50,472 bases of DNA from a virus (IMGVR_UViG_3300025018_000196:1-50472), one strand, 5' to 3'. Positions 18,602-29,090 are shown, counted from the first letter of the stretch. The notes: a model not told the origin generated them from the letters alone. Translations and numbers: made by a program.

Positions 18602-19579
18602 TTAGTTGAGCGTGGTGCTCGACAGCATCACGATAAGATTCTCCGGCCGATACAGCTTAAGACCAAACCGAGCGAGCATCTGATGATATTCGATCCGCTT
18701 GTCTTCGTCACGCCACGAAGAGAACGTGGGCATACGACGCCATGCGCCGATGAACGGCATGTTCATACGGTCTGCGGTGGAGAAGAAAAGATTGGCTTTG
18801 TAGCCAACCGCACCAGCGGTAGTGTTACCGTTGTAATCCGTGAGAGAACTTTCTGCAGTTGTAATCGTATCAAGATAGTTCGACACGTAAATGTCAAAAC
18901 CATAAATGTTACGAATCCAACGCATGCCAGTGCTGTCGCCGATTCCAGTTTCGATAATACCCTGATGATTCGGGTTGTAGGTCATGTCGCTCAGACCCGT
19001 TTGAATGTTCGTATTGAACTCAAACGACGGGTCCACAACAGCGACTCGACCAGCGCGGGGAACACCTGCCTTGTCGAGTGCGTATCCAGCGTACGCGATA
19101 TCCTGCACCGTAATCGTAGCGCCCGATCCGTTAGCCGTATAACGATGACGTGCACCGTTAATAGTATTCGGGTCATTGGCGGTTTGTTGATTTTGGAGAT
19201 GGAAAACGCGAGTCTCGATGTACTCGTCCATGGCGCGCTTCATGCGTTCCGGGAGAGTTTGGAGGACGGTGTTAGCCATGTGATCTTCTTCAATGAAGTC
19301 ATCGGTAAACGAAGTTTTCGAACCGATGTACTCATTGATGTTGAAGATAAACTGACCAGCATCCGGCCGACGATCAGGCAGAGAAGTAGCTTCTGCTGCT
19401 TGGTCAATCGACAATTCACCGACAGACGCGATCTTATAGTTCGAGCCGTCCGTGAAGTCAGAAATCCAGTTCACCCAGTTGCTAGCGCCGATCAGGCTGT
19501 CCCGGAGCTGATCTTTCAGCATCGCGTTCAGGACTTCCTGGCGATGGAAATATGTAGAGCCCCAAGTGGTATCCAACAT
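18602..19579 (-). CDS. major capsid protein
   Basis: 325 aa after scaffold; GRVAVVDP, IYGFDIYVSNYL, ARFGLKLYRPENL; biased codon usage. Confidence 0.85.
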   Translation of the reverse strand: MLDTTWGSTYFHRQEVLNAMLKDQLRDSLIGASNWVNWISDFTDGSNYKIASVGELSIDQAAEATSLPDRRPDAGQFIFNINEYIGSKTSFTDDFIEEDHMANTVLQTLPERMKRAMDEYIETRVFHLQNQQTANDPNTINGARHRYTANGSGATITVQDIAYAGYALDKAGVPRAGRVAVVDPSFEFNTNIQTGLSDMTYNPNHQGIIETGIGDSTGMRWIRNIYGFDIYVSNYLDTITTAESSLTDYNGNTTAGAVGYKANLFFSTADRMNMPFIGAWRRMPTFSSWRDEDKRIEYHQMLARFGLKLYRPENLIVMLSSTTLN

Positions 19580-19612
19580 TGTTGAAAGCCTTCCTTAGCT
19601 AATTAACTGTAG

Positions 19613-20338
19613 TTAATTTTTGTTAATGACGTTGTCGTTCAAATACTGTCGGTACTTACGTTGGAACTCTGAGGAATCCCAGAGCTTACGATTTTCCCGT
19701 CTCACTTTCATGAAGTATTCGCTCGACAGTTGCTCGCCGCTCTCAGAAGGAGCGACGTTTGAAGATGTGGAAGAAGATGTAGGTGCGGGCATGCGGTTAC
19801 TTTGAACATTCATGAGTTGTTGGAAAGCTCCTGGAGAGGACTTGGCCAAGTCTTCCATTTGTTTGGTGGTCATGTTAAGTTCCGACGCTCGGTTACGAAC
19901 CGCTTCACTATACTTCTCACCATGAACTTTCTTAACAGCCTCAATAGATGCATTAAGGTTAGCCTGTTGCTTAGCGACCTGCTCTCTCTCCGTGAGAGTG
20001 CTGAACACTTCTTCCTTTACTTTGGTAGCAAGGCCATCAACGTCAACGGGGGTCGTCCGGTTCGTTGAGTCCTCTTCCCTGCGCGCAAGAAGTTCCTCGA
20101 TTGTTTTAGCATGCGCCATCTCTTCTTGGAGACGCGCTAGTTCCTGTCTATACTGGGCAGTTTCAGACTCAAGAGTCTTAATGTGTGCCTGTGCATGTCC
20201 AAGAGACTTCAGCTTCTTATCAATTTCTTCTCTGCTCAATCCAGCTAGCGAATCGTTATCCTTGTCGGGAGTCCCGGCGCTGCCAAATTCTGCTTCCTTG
20301 CTCTCGACGTTGTCTACGTCAAAAATACTATCTGTCAT
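19613..20338 (-). CDS. capsid scaffolding protein
   Basis: acidic N-terminus, coiled coil HAQAHIKTLESE; lies between portal and capsid genes. Confidence 0.75.
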   Translation of the reverse strand: MTDSIFDVDNVESKEAEFGSAGTPDKDNDSLAGLSREEIDKKLKSLGHAQAHIKTLESETAQYRQELARLQEEMAHAKTIEELLARREEDSTNRTTPVDVDGLATKVKEEVFSTLTEREQVAKQQANLNASIEAVKKVHGEKYSEAVRNRASELNMTTKQMEDLAKSSPGAFQQLMNVQSNRMPAPTSSSTSSNVAPSESGEQLSSEYFMKVRRENRKLWDSSEFQRKYRQYLNDNVINKN

Positions 20339-20580
20339 ATCTTCACCTCGGGTATCAGATCGAGCACTTCCCTTAATCCCCGTCGATAACCGAGAGTGCT
20401 ATACATTTTTGCCACATCAGAAGAGATTACCTCTTCTTCATCGATGTAGCTGGCTTCTATTCTTTTGGAAATTTCTTTCCGAAGAGCCTTAATTAAATCT
20501 TTGGAATACTCAGCTTGCCCTGTTACTAAGGCCTTGTCTTTCTCGTCAAGGCCTTTTAGTAAGTGAACGTTTATTCTCAT
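20335..20580 (-). CDS. hypothetical protein between portal and scaffold
   Basis: 81 aa, GYRRGLREVLDLI, overlapping start/stop codons. Confidence 0.7.
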   Translation of the reverse strand: MRINVHLLKGLDEKDKALVTGQAEYSKDLIKALRKEISKRIEASYIDEEEVISSDVAKMYSTLGYRRGLREVLDLIPEVKI

Positions 20581-22355
20581 GCAAGTCCGCCCTCTGCATT
20601 CGGGACTGTTGGGATAGACGTTTCTACTTGAAGCTGTTCTTGAGCTACAGACTGCAGTCTCTGCATCTCTAGCTCCTCACCGATACGTCCAAACTTCTCG
20701 AAGAGATCAAGCTTCTCAAATCCAAGAAGATCTTCCCAAGCCTTAGCCAGTCTTTCACTCGGGAAATGTTGGGCCATCATCTGATCGGATTGAAGAGCTT
20801 GCATGAACTGTTGTAAATTCTGGACTAACGTAGCTTGACGTGCAAAGTGCCTAGCGCCAATCGGAACTAATGTACCGTTAGCCCTAAGATCCTCATTCGT
20901 AATCTTAAGGAATTCAGTAACACCAAAGTCATCGTCGATTACACGTACGGTGTCTACTTGATTTAGATTGCGACGAGCTACCTCAATCTCTGCATTAACG
21001 ATAGGCTCAAGGAACTGTTGTTCAAAGAAATTGATCTTCGATTCAAAGATTCTTGAAGCTGCATTTTGCAAAGAGGAAATTTCAAATGCCGTCTTCTCAC
21101 CAGGTGTGCGAATGCCCATGGCTTCGCGCGGAGCCCCGGCATACTCTTCCATCTGTGCTTCCTTCCTTTGAATCTGGAAGTCTGCGTTAAGGACAGTAGT
21201 GTCTGGGCTGAGGTAGCTTACAGAACCACCTTCAGGTACGTAGTAATCAATGGCAGCTCCACGCTGCTCCGGTTCTACATCACCTACCAGGATCCTATCT
21301 GGATCAATCATCTGGTCAAATGCATCTGCTCGAGCATTCTCCAGGTGGTTGATCATATACTGCATACCTACGAGATTATCCAGCGGGCCCATGGCCCACA
21401 GATTATCGGGGCGTAAACGCCAGCCACAATGGAAAATGTGTGGGCGACCTGACCAAGTGTTGAGAGGCTGGGAACGAATCACCCATTGGCGATCAACAAC
21501 AGTGATTACTTGATTCTTTAACCACTTGTTAGAATTCGTATCGTAGATATCTCCGTAGAATTCTAAGATTTCTACGTAGCCAGAGTTGTAGTAGATACTG
21601 GGAGAAGAGAATCCATCGAACATCATCTGGACATGCTTGTCCACTTCAGTATCGGTATAGCTCTTAAGCTTGATACGATGCTGATTAATCTTGTTGATGA
21701 TCTCTTGAGAATATCCTAGTTCCGGATTCTCTTCTGCATCTCTAGACAATTCCCCAAGAGTCTTAAGGCTTCGGATGATCTTAGGTGAATGTTCAAAATC
21801 TGACGCCAATGGGTTAAATACGATGTCATGCGGGGAGATGCGGTATGCCCAGGGTCCAATATAGCCAGGAATAATTTCGCCTGTGTCAGGATCCGTATGA
21901 GATTCCTGTCGGAAGGTAACTCCGGCGAAACAATTTCCTGTGAATACCCAATCGGTAATGAGCCCATTGGTAATGTTCTTAAACTTGTTGAGGCGATGCT
22001 TGGTAGTAATGTACGCGAGTACGGCGCGACGCTTACTGAATGTTTGCGACTCTTCATCATGCCCCTCAAAGCGCAGCCAATCCTCATTGGGGAACAAGGC
22101 TGCCATGTAATTGGCCACAAGATTGTCAAAGATCTGAGCAATCTTAGGGTTGTGTGTGGTGTGACTGTGAGGATTCTGAACGTTGCTAGTCTCAGCTGTA
22201 CTGGTCGCAAGAACGTACTTTTGATTTTCCTCTACTCGACTCATCCAGTCGCGTCGGCCATTCTTCCATAGTTCCCATAGACGAGTAACTTCGTTAGCCA
22301 GACCGTCAGTCTGACCGAAGATTATGTCAAAATCTTGAGAGTCTACTCCGCTCAT
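20577..22355 (-). CDS. portal protein
   Basis: 592 aa after TerL; RISPHDIVFNP, GWRLRPDNLWAMGPLDNLVGMQY, AMGIRTPGEKTAFE. Confidence 0.9.
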   Translation of the reverse strand: MSGVDSQDFDIIFGQTDGLANEVTRLWELWKNGRRDWMSRVEENQKYVLATSTAETSNVQNPHSHTTHNPKIAQIFDNLVANYMAALFPNEDWLRFEGHDEESQTFSKRRAVLAYITTKHRLNKFKNITNGLITDWVFTGNCFAGVTFRQESHTDPDTGEIIPGYIGPWAYRISPHDIVFNPLASDFEHSPKIIRSLKTLGELSRDAEENPELGYSQEIINKINQHRIKLKSYTDTEVDKHVQMMFDGFSSPSIYYNSGYVEILEFYGDIYDTNSNKWLKNQVITVVDRQWVIRSQPLNTWSGRPHIFHCGWRLRPDNLWAMGPLDNLVGMQYMINHLENARADAFDQMIDPDRILVGDVEPEQRGAAIDYYVPEGGSVSYLSPDTTVLNADFQIQRKEAQMEEYAGAPREAMGIRTPGEKTAFEISSLQNAASRIFESKINFFEQQFLEPIVNAEIEVARRNLNQVDTVRVIDDDFGVTEFLKITNEDLRANGTLVPIGARHFARQATLVQNLQQFMQALQSDQMMAQHFPSERLAKAWEDLLGFEKLDLFEKFGRIGEELEMQRLQSVAQEQLQVETSIPTVPNAEGGLA

Positions 22356-23944
22356 CTTACTCTAACCCTGCCGCCAAAGCGTCCATATACTATCTTACCG
22401 TTATTCATTTCTTTGTAATCCAGCCGCTTAGAAGCTGGGGGCTTAGCCGTCGATACTGCCGCACAGAGCGCATCCTTGAGGTCATCGTGGGCGGGTTTCG
22501 ATGATACGAGTTCTTCTTCAAGCGTTGGAGTGTACCCTCCTTTCGCGTGCCAGATGGTCTTACTTTCGTATCTGGGCTCGAGAACTGCTGCCCATCTTTC
22601 CGCTTTAGTACCCTGGTGACTTGTGGAAGCACGTCTATCAACAACGAGATTGCCGCCGTTACGCCGGACGAGAGACTCAATTTCTTGAGCAACCAGCGCT
22701 CCCCCAGCATTCGTTTCAACAACCATTTTCCTGAAGCCCCACTGTTGTTGGAGGCTGACGCAGCTTTCGTAGTACTCTTGGAAGTTTGAGGTTTTGAATC
22801 GGATGAGGTCAAGGACGTAGATGAATCCTTCTGAGTCGATTCCGATGACGGCGATCGCTGTATAATCTGCCTTGCTATGGTCAGACCAAGCCACATCCAT
22901 TGCAGCATAAACGTTTAACCTATTACCTCTGTGCTTTACAGTTCCATTTGAAACTACGATATGCTTTTGATCGTAGTATTGGAACTTATCGCGGCCTATC
23001 CTATTCGTACCCACATCGTTGGGGTCATTGTAATACTGAGAATAGAAGTGTACTGTACCTTGATGGGACTGATAGTCAGCTTTAATCTTAGCTAACTCTC
23101 GTATGTCAAACCCATACGACTTCTCATCTCTGGTCGATTGAGTACGTGGCCACAGGAATCTACCTGTACCTGATCTGTCAGGGGAGTCTTCTACAACTCT
23201 TTCCTTAACATCCCAAAGCGGTTCCTCCTTCGTGAACGCTCCCTCTATCTCATCCCATATACCCTTGCGGGCTGCTATCATAGATTGATATGCATCTTTA
23301 GGATGGTACCTAGTACCTACTGCTTTAATCCAACCGCCCGGGTTAAGGATCGATGAGAAGTAGCCGAGTGATTTAGAAAGCTCGTTACGTCCAACTGCTG
23401 TATCTGCAAACTGAGGTACAACCACGTCGTCGAATACTAGGCCATCGCTGTGCAGGCCCTGGGCATTCGACTTAACTGTCTTAATGATTACAGTGTGGTC
23501 TCGTACACCGTGAGCCTTACGATCTGGGTGGTCTACGTCGAATGCGTATGCCGACCAGACGCCCCGCTCACCCTTGTTCTCTGCAAACATCTCAGGCCAG
23601 ATAGCCGTGTAGATGTCTGAGGTCATCATGCTCTTCATAGCGTAGACTTGAGCCTTAGCTAAGTCTTCCTGGGAAGCTACGTATACTAACGTTGTCCAGG
23701 GCTGATAGGTTACACGCCAAACACAGTAAACAGCAATGCAATGAGACTTGAGATGGCCACGAGGGAGTAGAAGAAGTTGTCGTTCCGAACCATTGGGGTC
23801 TCCAAGCCAGGAAAATACTTCTTCATGAATCTCTCCGTATACGTAGTAGGGGTTTAGTAATCGAGCGAATGCGAATAAATTGAATTCACACTCTTCAATT
23901 ATCTTCCTTACTTGCGCCGGTTTCGCTTTGTCCAGATCGCGCAT
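22352..23944 (-). CDS. terL: terminase large subunit
   Basis: LLLPRGHLKS Walker A variant, LVFDD Walker B, GTRYH, DYTAIAVIG, HDDLKDA nuclease motif. Confidence 0.95.
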   Translation of the reverse strand: MRDLDKAKPAQVRKIIEECEFNLFAFARLLNPYYVYGEIHEEVFSWLGDPNGSERQLLLLPRGHLKSHCIAVYCVWRVTYQPWTTLVYVASQEDLAKAQVYAMKSMMTSDIYTAIWPEMFAENKGERGVWSAYAFDVDHPDRKAHGVRDHTVIIKTVKSNAQGLHSDGLVFDDVVVPQFADTAVGRNELSKSLGYFSSILNPGGWIKAVGTRYHPKDAYQSMIAARKGIWDEIEGAFTKEEPLWDVKERVVEDSPDRSGTGRFLWPRTQSTRDEKSYGFDIRELAKIKADYQSHQGTVHFYSQYYNDPNDVGTNRIGRDKFQYYDQKHIVVSNGTVKHRGNRLNVYAAMDVAWSDHSKADYTAIAVIGIDSEGFIYVLDLIRFKTSNFQEYYESCVSLQQQWGFRKMVVETNAGGALVAQEIESLVRRNGGNLVVDRRASTSHQGTKAERWAAVLEPRYESKTIWHAKGGYTPTLEEELVSSKPAHDDLKDALCAAVSTAKPPASKRLDYKEMNNGKIVYGRFGGRVRVR

Positions 23945-24476
23945 TACTTCTCATTAGTTCAATTACGTTAAGGGATTCAGAGATAAGCTTGTCGTTCTTA
24001 ACTTGCTTCTCTGTCTCTTGCTGCGCTTTGACTTTCTTAGGACGTCCTCTAGTTTCTTCCTTAACTCGGTCAAGGAGTAACTTAGCCGCGGTAACACTGC
24101 CGGCAGCAGCTGCTTTCTCGAGCAGCTTGACAGCTTTCGCTTCTTCCATAAGTCTTTTCTCTTCGCGCCAAGACGCGAGGCCACGCCAACCTGAGCCACT
24201 GTGCTTGCCAGGTCCGTTCATAAAGTTGTCGTTAGCCATGAGCTTTTCCCAGTGGGCCCAAGAGCCCACCAAGTTCATTGCTGCTTCGTATTCGCTAGAT
24301 GCAGCCATGTAGATTTGATATGCAGAAGGCAGGCCTTCTCGCGGACTATCAAACATAGTGTAGACTGGATCATACCCAGCCTTCTTACGTGCGGCGGGGC
24401 AGATCTCACGAAAGATAGCCGTGCGCGTTTGCCCGTTAGAGCTACTTAGCTTGGCTTTCAGTTCGTCAGAAATCAT
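23895..24476 (-). CDS. terS: terminase small subunit (putative)
   Basis: directly upstream of terL; EYEAA..LVGSWAHWEKL, AAKLLL, RGRP motifs; TAATG coupling at 24476. Confidence 0.65.
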   Translation of the reverse strand: MISDELKAKLSSSNGQTRTAIFREICPAARKKAGYDPVYTMFDSPREGLPSAYQIYMAASSEYEAAMNLVGSWAHWEKLMANDNFMNGPGKHSGSGWRGLASWREEKRLMEEAKAVKLLEKAAAAGSVTAAKLLLDRVKEETRGRPKKVKAQQETEKQVKNDKLISESLNVIELMRSNARSGQSETGASKEDN

Positions 24477-25804
24477 TAGTGAACCCAAATCAAAAGATGA
24501 AGTTTACAATCACCTGCCGTTGCACCACCTGCTGTAGTAACAGCTAAGTGCTTGTCAGTAAGAGCACTGCCCCCGCCCCAAGGCTGGCTTGTAGCATTGT
24601 AGTTAACTAAGCTAGAAGTTATATCCACCATATCATACTGAGATTTTCCAGTAGCTGTGGTGTAACCGCTTAAGAATGCACTGGAAGATCCGTTATACCC
24701 GAGGCCAATGGTTGTGGTCCCTGTGGTAGCAGAGGTGTATTCTAAATGAGCTTCTAAGATTCTGTAATTCTTAGTGCCCATGAATGGGGAGAATCTCTGG
24801 GTAACAGAGCCACCGTCAAGAGCAATCTCAGGTGAAGTCAACCGAAGGAGTACAGCGTCATCAACTAAGAAGCCTTGAGTATTTGTACTGCCGCTAGAGA
24901 ATACGGGGGTTGTTCCGGTGTAGGTGTTATTCCGGAAATCATTAAAGCCCCGACCACCGGATAGAGTGCCGATGTCGAATGCCCCGAGATCGCAATCCAG
25001 AATCGTGTTACCATGGACACGCATCCCGTGCGCCACAACGCCGCTGATGCCAATTGCGTAATGTGTGGTCTTGGTGGCATTACCGTTCATGTAATTATCA
25101 AGAACGGCTAAGTCTGTATTACCAACATTACCATACTCATCTGATTGAGCACCGTCAACATAGATATGGTATACCCCGTTATTCTCGAGGTAGCAACCGG
25201 ATACTAAAGCTGCCGATTGGTTTGAACTCCCCTTAAGCCACAATCCCTTAGCATCATTATCTTCAAAAATGCAACCGCTTGTGAAAGTTACATCTACCGC
25301 ATTTTGGATGTAAGCACCGGCATCTGTGGCATTCCTGAATTGACAGCCAAAGAAACTATATTGATTACCGCCGACCATCTTGACGTTGTATTCTTCTGCA
25401 TCTTGAAAACGACAAGATATAAAATTAGAGAAGTCTGCACCGGGAGAGCAATCCACACAGCCACTAGAAGCCCCAGATGTTTGGTTAGATCTGTTAGCTT
25501 TAAGGAACATGTCATACATGTTCAACGTAGCCGTTACATCTAAGATATAAGAATTAGCTGCATTCTTAAGTTGTAAGATAGTGGCTAGTCCTTCGCCCCG
25601 AATAGTTATATTGTTGGTAATTGAAAGCGTGCCGGTAATGTATGTCCCCTTGGGGATAAACAAGGTGCCTCCAGATGGAGTAGCGTTTATGGCGGCTTGG
25701 AGTTGAGAAGTCACATCTGTAACACCATCTCCAATTGCCCCATAATTGGCAGAACTTACGCCAGAATAAACAGAAGAAGAACCTTTAACTACTGTGAGTG
25801 CCAT
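24476..25804 (-). CDS. tailspike 2, pectate-lyase-like beta-helix depolymerase
   Basis: YGAIGDGVTDVTSQLQAAINA..GGTLFIPKGTY; GGAG RBS before ATG 25804. Confidence 0.8.
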   Translation of the reverse strand: MALTVVKGSSSVYSGVSSANYGAIGDGVTDVTSQLQAAINATPSGGTLFIPKGTYITGTLSITNNITIRGEGLATILQLKNAANSYILDVTATLNMYDMFLKANRSNQTSGASSGCVDCSPGADFSNFISCRFQDAEEYNVKMVGGNQYSFFGCQFRNATDAGAYIQNAVDVTFTSGCIFEDNDAKGLWLKGSSNQSAALVSGCYLENNGVYHIYVDGAQSDEYGNVGNTDLAVLDNYMNGNATKTTHYAIGISGVVAHGMRVHGNTILDCDLGAFDIGTLSGGRGFNDFRNNTYTGTTPVFSSGSTNTQGFLVDDAVLLRLTSPEIALDGGSVTQRFSPFMGTKNYRILEAHLEYTSATTGTTTIGLGYNGSSSAFLSGYTTATGKSQYDMVDITSSLVNYNATSQPWGGGSALTDKHLAVTTAGGATAGDCKLHLLIWVH

Positions 25805-25806
25805 GT

Positions 25807-27741
25807 TTAGCTCCAAGGCAGGCTAGCGAGTTTACGCCAGCCATAGTGTATGTTATAAGATCTGCTGGTTGAAGATGCAGTAGCAACTGTAACAACACCA
25901 TCCTTATCCACAGTCAATGTTATGTTACCGACCCCTGAACCTTTAGTTGCGGTAGTTCCGATAATCTCTGTTGAAGTGTAATCATTGCTAGAGTCATCAA
26001 AGATTACTTTGTGAATCTCAGAGCGAGAATGATTGTTATCATTACTCTGCACAGTAACACTTACTAAATAAGATCCAGCTCTTCCCAAATCAAACGTAGT
26101 ACCAGGGGTAGTAGTTGTTCCTACAGCAACAGAGGAACTGTTCTCTGTGTGGTATGGGTTAGCTTTTAAAGCTCTTCCATACTGGTTAACGTGAGTAGTG
26201 GCTTGGTCTACTACATAGTCTTGTATCTCGACCATGTCGCCATCATCCAGAACTAAATAGCCGGGAGCTGTGGCAGCATAAGTGCAATCACTTTTAAAAT
26301 AGATATGGCCCACTTGAACTTTGTATGCAGCAGACGTAGCGTCTATAACTACAAAGTCTTTTGCTCCAGAATCAGTTCTCTTCTGCCAAGCAAAGATACT
26401 TCCTATTTTTAATCCCCTAGACGCAGCTGCGCTAGATAACTTAATCAGCGTGTTGCATCTGGTCTCCCCGTGAACAGTTCCTATGTACGTAGACTCAGGA
26501 TTACCATCTAACTCTATACCGACTTGAGCAGTATAAGTATCAGCTCTAGACTCTAATGTGATGGTAGGAATGTGGATATTCTTTACATTTCCCATGTAAA
26601 TTATAGTACCATTCTTAGCCATTTTAGACACAAATGTGTTATGACTATACAGCGTATGGCCATCATTGATGTACCATGCTCCACCTAAGTAGTCAGCCCC
26701 AGCATTCCAGAATCTGCAATTTACTATAGATACTTGATACGGGCCAGTACCAGAACCATTGTCTAAGTATAAGCCCCATTTTCCAGATGCACAACCATCC
26801 ATAAAGAATCTATCAAAGAGTAAATTACCGCCTTCGCCGACTTGTATGCCGCCTCCGGTGGTAGTCTTTATAGAAAATCCAGTATGGTTTATATCGTCAT
26901 TGCCTGTGCTATTAGTAACATAGTCTAAGCAATACCCAGTGCCTTCGTATAACAAAGTTGTAGCATACATGCCTTGACCTTCTATACTGAAGCCGCCTTC
27001 TCGAGAACTTGGTTGAGTATTATCTTGTAAAGTTATCGGTATACTAGATACCAACCTGATACTGCCCTTAGGCAAAATCATTTTATATTGATTAGCTGCA
27101 CAATAATTTGCATAGGCTAAGAAAGCCGCAGAATCATCTGTAGAGCCGTCAGCCACTATGCCGAAATCTGCAGCCGTAGGCGTCTGTTGAAGAATGGCTT
27201 TAACATTGGTGTTAACTGCCGAGCCACCACGATTGTATGTGACAATGGATGAGTCTACAGAACTAGCTGTGGTAGCAGTAGACAGGGCAAGGAACATTAC
27301 CTCATCACCTGCTTGTAGCCCTTCTGAGAAGGTTACAACAGTACTTGAAGTCTCTGTAAAACTAGCTTGATTTACCCCATTAATCCACGCAAGAAGAGTG
27401 TTCGTACCTGGGATATACGTCATCAGACTTAATGTAAAGACAGTTTGACCAGCTGTAGCTGTCTGCGTTTCCTTGGCAAACCCTGTGAGAGTAAGGCCAC
27501 CAGAAGTAGCAAGGTTCAACAGTTGGGCATACGTGGCCGGCTCTGTGCCATTAACAGGCGTAGGGAGATTCAGGATACGATTAGAATTCATATCCAGGTC
27601 TGCACCCATAGCATTAGGTGTAGAACCTGATCTACTTAGTCCATCAGCTAAGGCTGTCTCAATATTATCAAAGTTCTCATTGAGAACGTCTACTGAGTTA
27701 AAGCCTGACTGTATAGTCTGTGGATTAAAGGGGAGGGACAT
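25807..27741 (-). CDS. tailspike 1 with N-terminal virion anchor
   Basis: LNENFDNIE..DLDMNSNRILNLP anchor, TATAGQTVFTL linker, DFGIVADGSTDDSAAF beta-helix start. Confidence 0.8.
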   Translation of the reverse strand: MSLPFNPQTIQSGFNSVDVLNENFDNIETALADGLSRSGSTPNAMGADLDMNSNRILNLPTPVNGTEPATYAQLLNLATSGGLTLTGFAKETQTATAGQTVFTLSLMTYIPGTNTLLAWINGVNQASFTETSSTVVTFSEGLQAGDEVMFLALSTATTASSVDSSIVTYNRGGSAVNTNVKAILQQTPTAADFGIVADGSTDDSAAFLAYANYCAANQYKMILPKGSIRLVSSIPITLQDNTQPSSREGGFSIEGQGMYATTLLYEGTGYCLDYVTNSTGNDDINHTGFSIKTTTGGGIQVGEGGNLLFDRFFMDGCASGKWGLYLDNGSGTGPYQVSIVNCRFWNAGADYLGGAWYINDGHTLYSHNTFVSKMAKNGTIIYMGNVKNIHIPTITLESRADTYTAQVGIELDGNPESTYIGTVHGETRCNTLIKLSSAAASRGLKIGSIFAWQKRTDSGAKDFVVIDATSAAYKVQVGHIYFKSDCTYAATAPGYLVLDDGDMVEIQDYVVDQATTHVNQYGRALKANPYHTENSSSVAVGTTTTPGTTFDLGRAGSYLVSVTVQSNDNNHSRSEIHKVIFDDSSNDYTSTEIIGTTATKGSGVGNITLTVDKDGVVTVATASSTSRSYNIHYGWRKLASLPWS

Positions 27742-27742
27742 A

Positions 27743-28156
27743 TTAGTAGTTCACACCTGCAACTAGCTGGATAGTCATGTCGTCTGCTGTTGCTGCAATG
27801 GCTGCGCTATCGTAGATGCGGATAGTCCAGCCAGTAGCCATAGACACATTGGAGGGGAGAGGAATGATCAGCTCTCCGTTCACAGCTGTAGATTCTCTTA
27901 CCTGATGGCCCGGTACCAAGAGGTACTTAACCGTGGTAGATGCAGCTTGTACGGCACCTGCCGAGATGTTGAACAACTCTGTAGCGCTGTCATCTGCGAT
28001 GATAATTTCGAGCCTACGGTTGCCTACATCTGCGGTAGTAGCCAATGTTACTTGACCATACAACAGCTGGTAATCATCACCAGGCGGTACGGTCAGGGTC
28101 TTATCACTATCATCAGCCGTTGCTTCAGAGATGACTCGAATTTCATCGAACTTCAT
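27743..28156 (-). CDS. beta-rich virion protein
   Basis: start reassigned to ATG 28156 (MKFDEIRVISEA...), 137 aa. Confidence 0.6.
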   Translation of the reverse strand: MKFDEIRVISEATADDSDKTLTVPPGDDYQLLYGQVTLATTADVGNRRLEIIIADDSATELFNISAGAVQAASTTVKYLLVPGHQVRESTAVNGELIIPLPSNVSMATGWTIRIYDSAAIAATADDMTIQLVAGVNY

Positions 28157-28158
28157 GT

Positions 28159-28323
28159 TTAGACTTTCCATTCCAGATGGGAATCTACACCAACAGCTTC
28201 TGCTACTTGACGTACCAGATCCGTTGCCTCTTCGACGGTGATAACATCGTCTTGCGTAGCGTTTTCTACCCATGCCATCACGATCGACATGACTGCAAAC
28301 GCTTTCATTACCTTGTTAAACAT
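28159..28323 (-). CDS. 54-aa protein not in ORF track (MFNKVMKAFAVMSIVMAWVENATQDDVITVEEA...)
   Basis: fills the gap between neighbouring genes almost exactly. Confidence 0.6.
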   Translation of the reverse strand: MFNKVMKAFAVMSIVMAWVENATQDDVITVEEATDLVRQVAEAVGVDSHLEWKV

Positions 28324-28326
28324 ATT

Positions 28327-28626
28327 TTATTTACCAAATACATCGGAAATTATAGAAATTACCACAGAAACCACAAAAGCAAGGCCTGAATATATCATAC
28401 CCTGCTTAATTTTGACCGTAGTCATCTCTTTTTCATAGTTTTTTAAGAATTTGTTGAAGTCAGCCTGGAATTTATCCAGATCTGTCTTCAAATCTGCATA
28501 CTTTTCTAAAGATGCGAGCCTATCTCTGACTTTTTCCATGTCAGTTTTGAGTTCTTGTAGGCTCTGCAAGACTAATCTCCTGTATTCGAACCAGGAATCA
28601 CCTTGCTTCGGGTTATTCTCCGCCAA
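28327..28626 (-). CDS. coiled-coil protein with C-terminal transmembrane helix (holin/XhlA-like architecture)
   Basis: heptad-rich body, MIYSGLAFVVSVVISII hydrophobic tail. Confidence 0.55.
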   Translation of the reverse strand: MAENNPKQGDSWFEYRRLVLQSLQELKTDMEKVRDRLASLEKYADLKTDLDKFQADFNKFLKNYEKEMTTVKIKQGMIYSGLAFVVSVVISIISDVFGK

Positions 28627-29090
28627 TTTCTGTCATCCCGTCCTTGAGATATTGGATAATACTCAGTCCGGCTATGCCAAACAAGTTGCCACAATCATCA
28701 TAGAGAGGCCACTTGTAAACGAGTATATGATTGGGAACATTCGTCTTGACGAAACCAGCTTGTTCCACAAAAAAACCTACCACGTCCAGTAGTAAGTATT
28801 AGATTATCGTTAGCTCTGTATTCCTTATCCTCCCCACCTTTCCACACATCATCATCTTTACGATTAACATAGTCTTCTAACTTAACACCAAAGACTTTTG
28901 TGTAGGCAGGGTTGACGAAGACGGTTTCCCCTGCAACATTCCTAAGCCACATAGGAAGAGGACAATCCAACACAAAGTCCACAAAGTAATCTAACTCTTT
29001 GTCTTGTGAGAGGATGTCTTTTGAATTGAGCCGATTAGTCAGCTCTTCTAACTTATCTAGAACAACTTTGTATGGCATAGTAGTAAACAA
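28613..29090 (-). pseudogene. PAS-domain protein with one extra T in a T7 run (28769-28775)
   Basis: PLPMWLRN..G..VFVNPAY..FG...DDDVW...YRAND; shifted frame gives VYKWPLYDDCGNLFGIAGLS, the expected PAS C-terminal strands. Confidence 0.75.

Noticed and set aside
18683-19585. 300-aa plus-strand ORF and other long antisense ORFs in the track
   Set aside because: They are shadows of strongly codon-biased genes on the opposite strand, with no RBS or recognisable motifs
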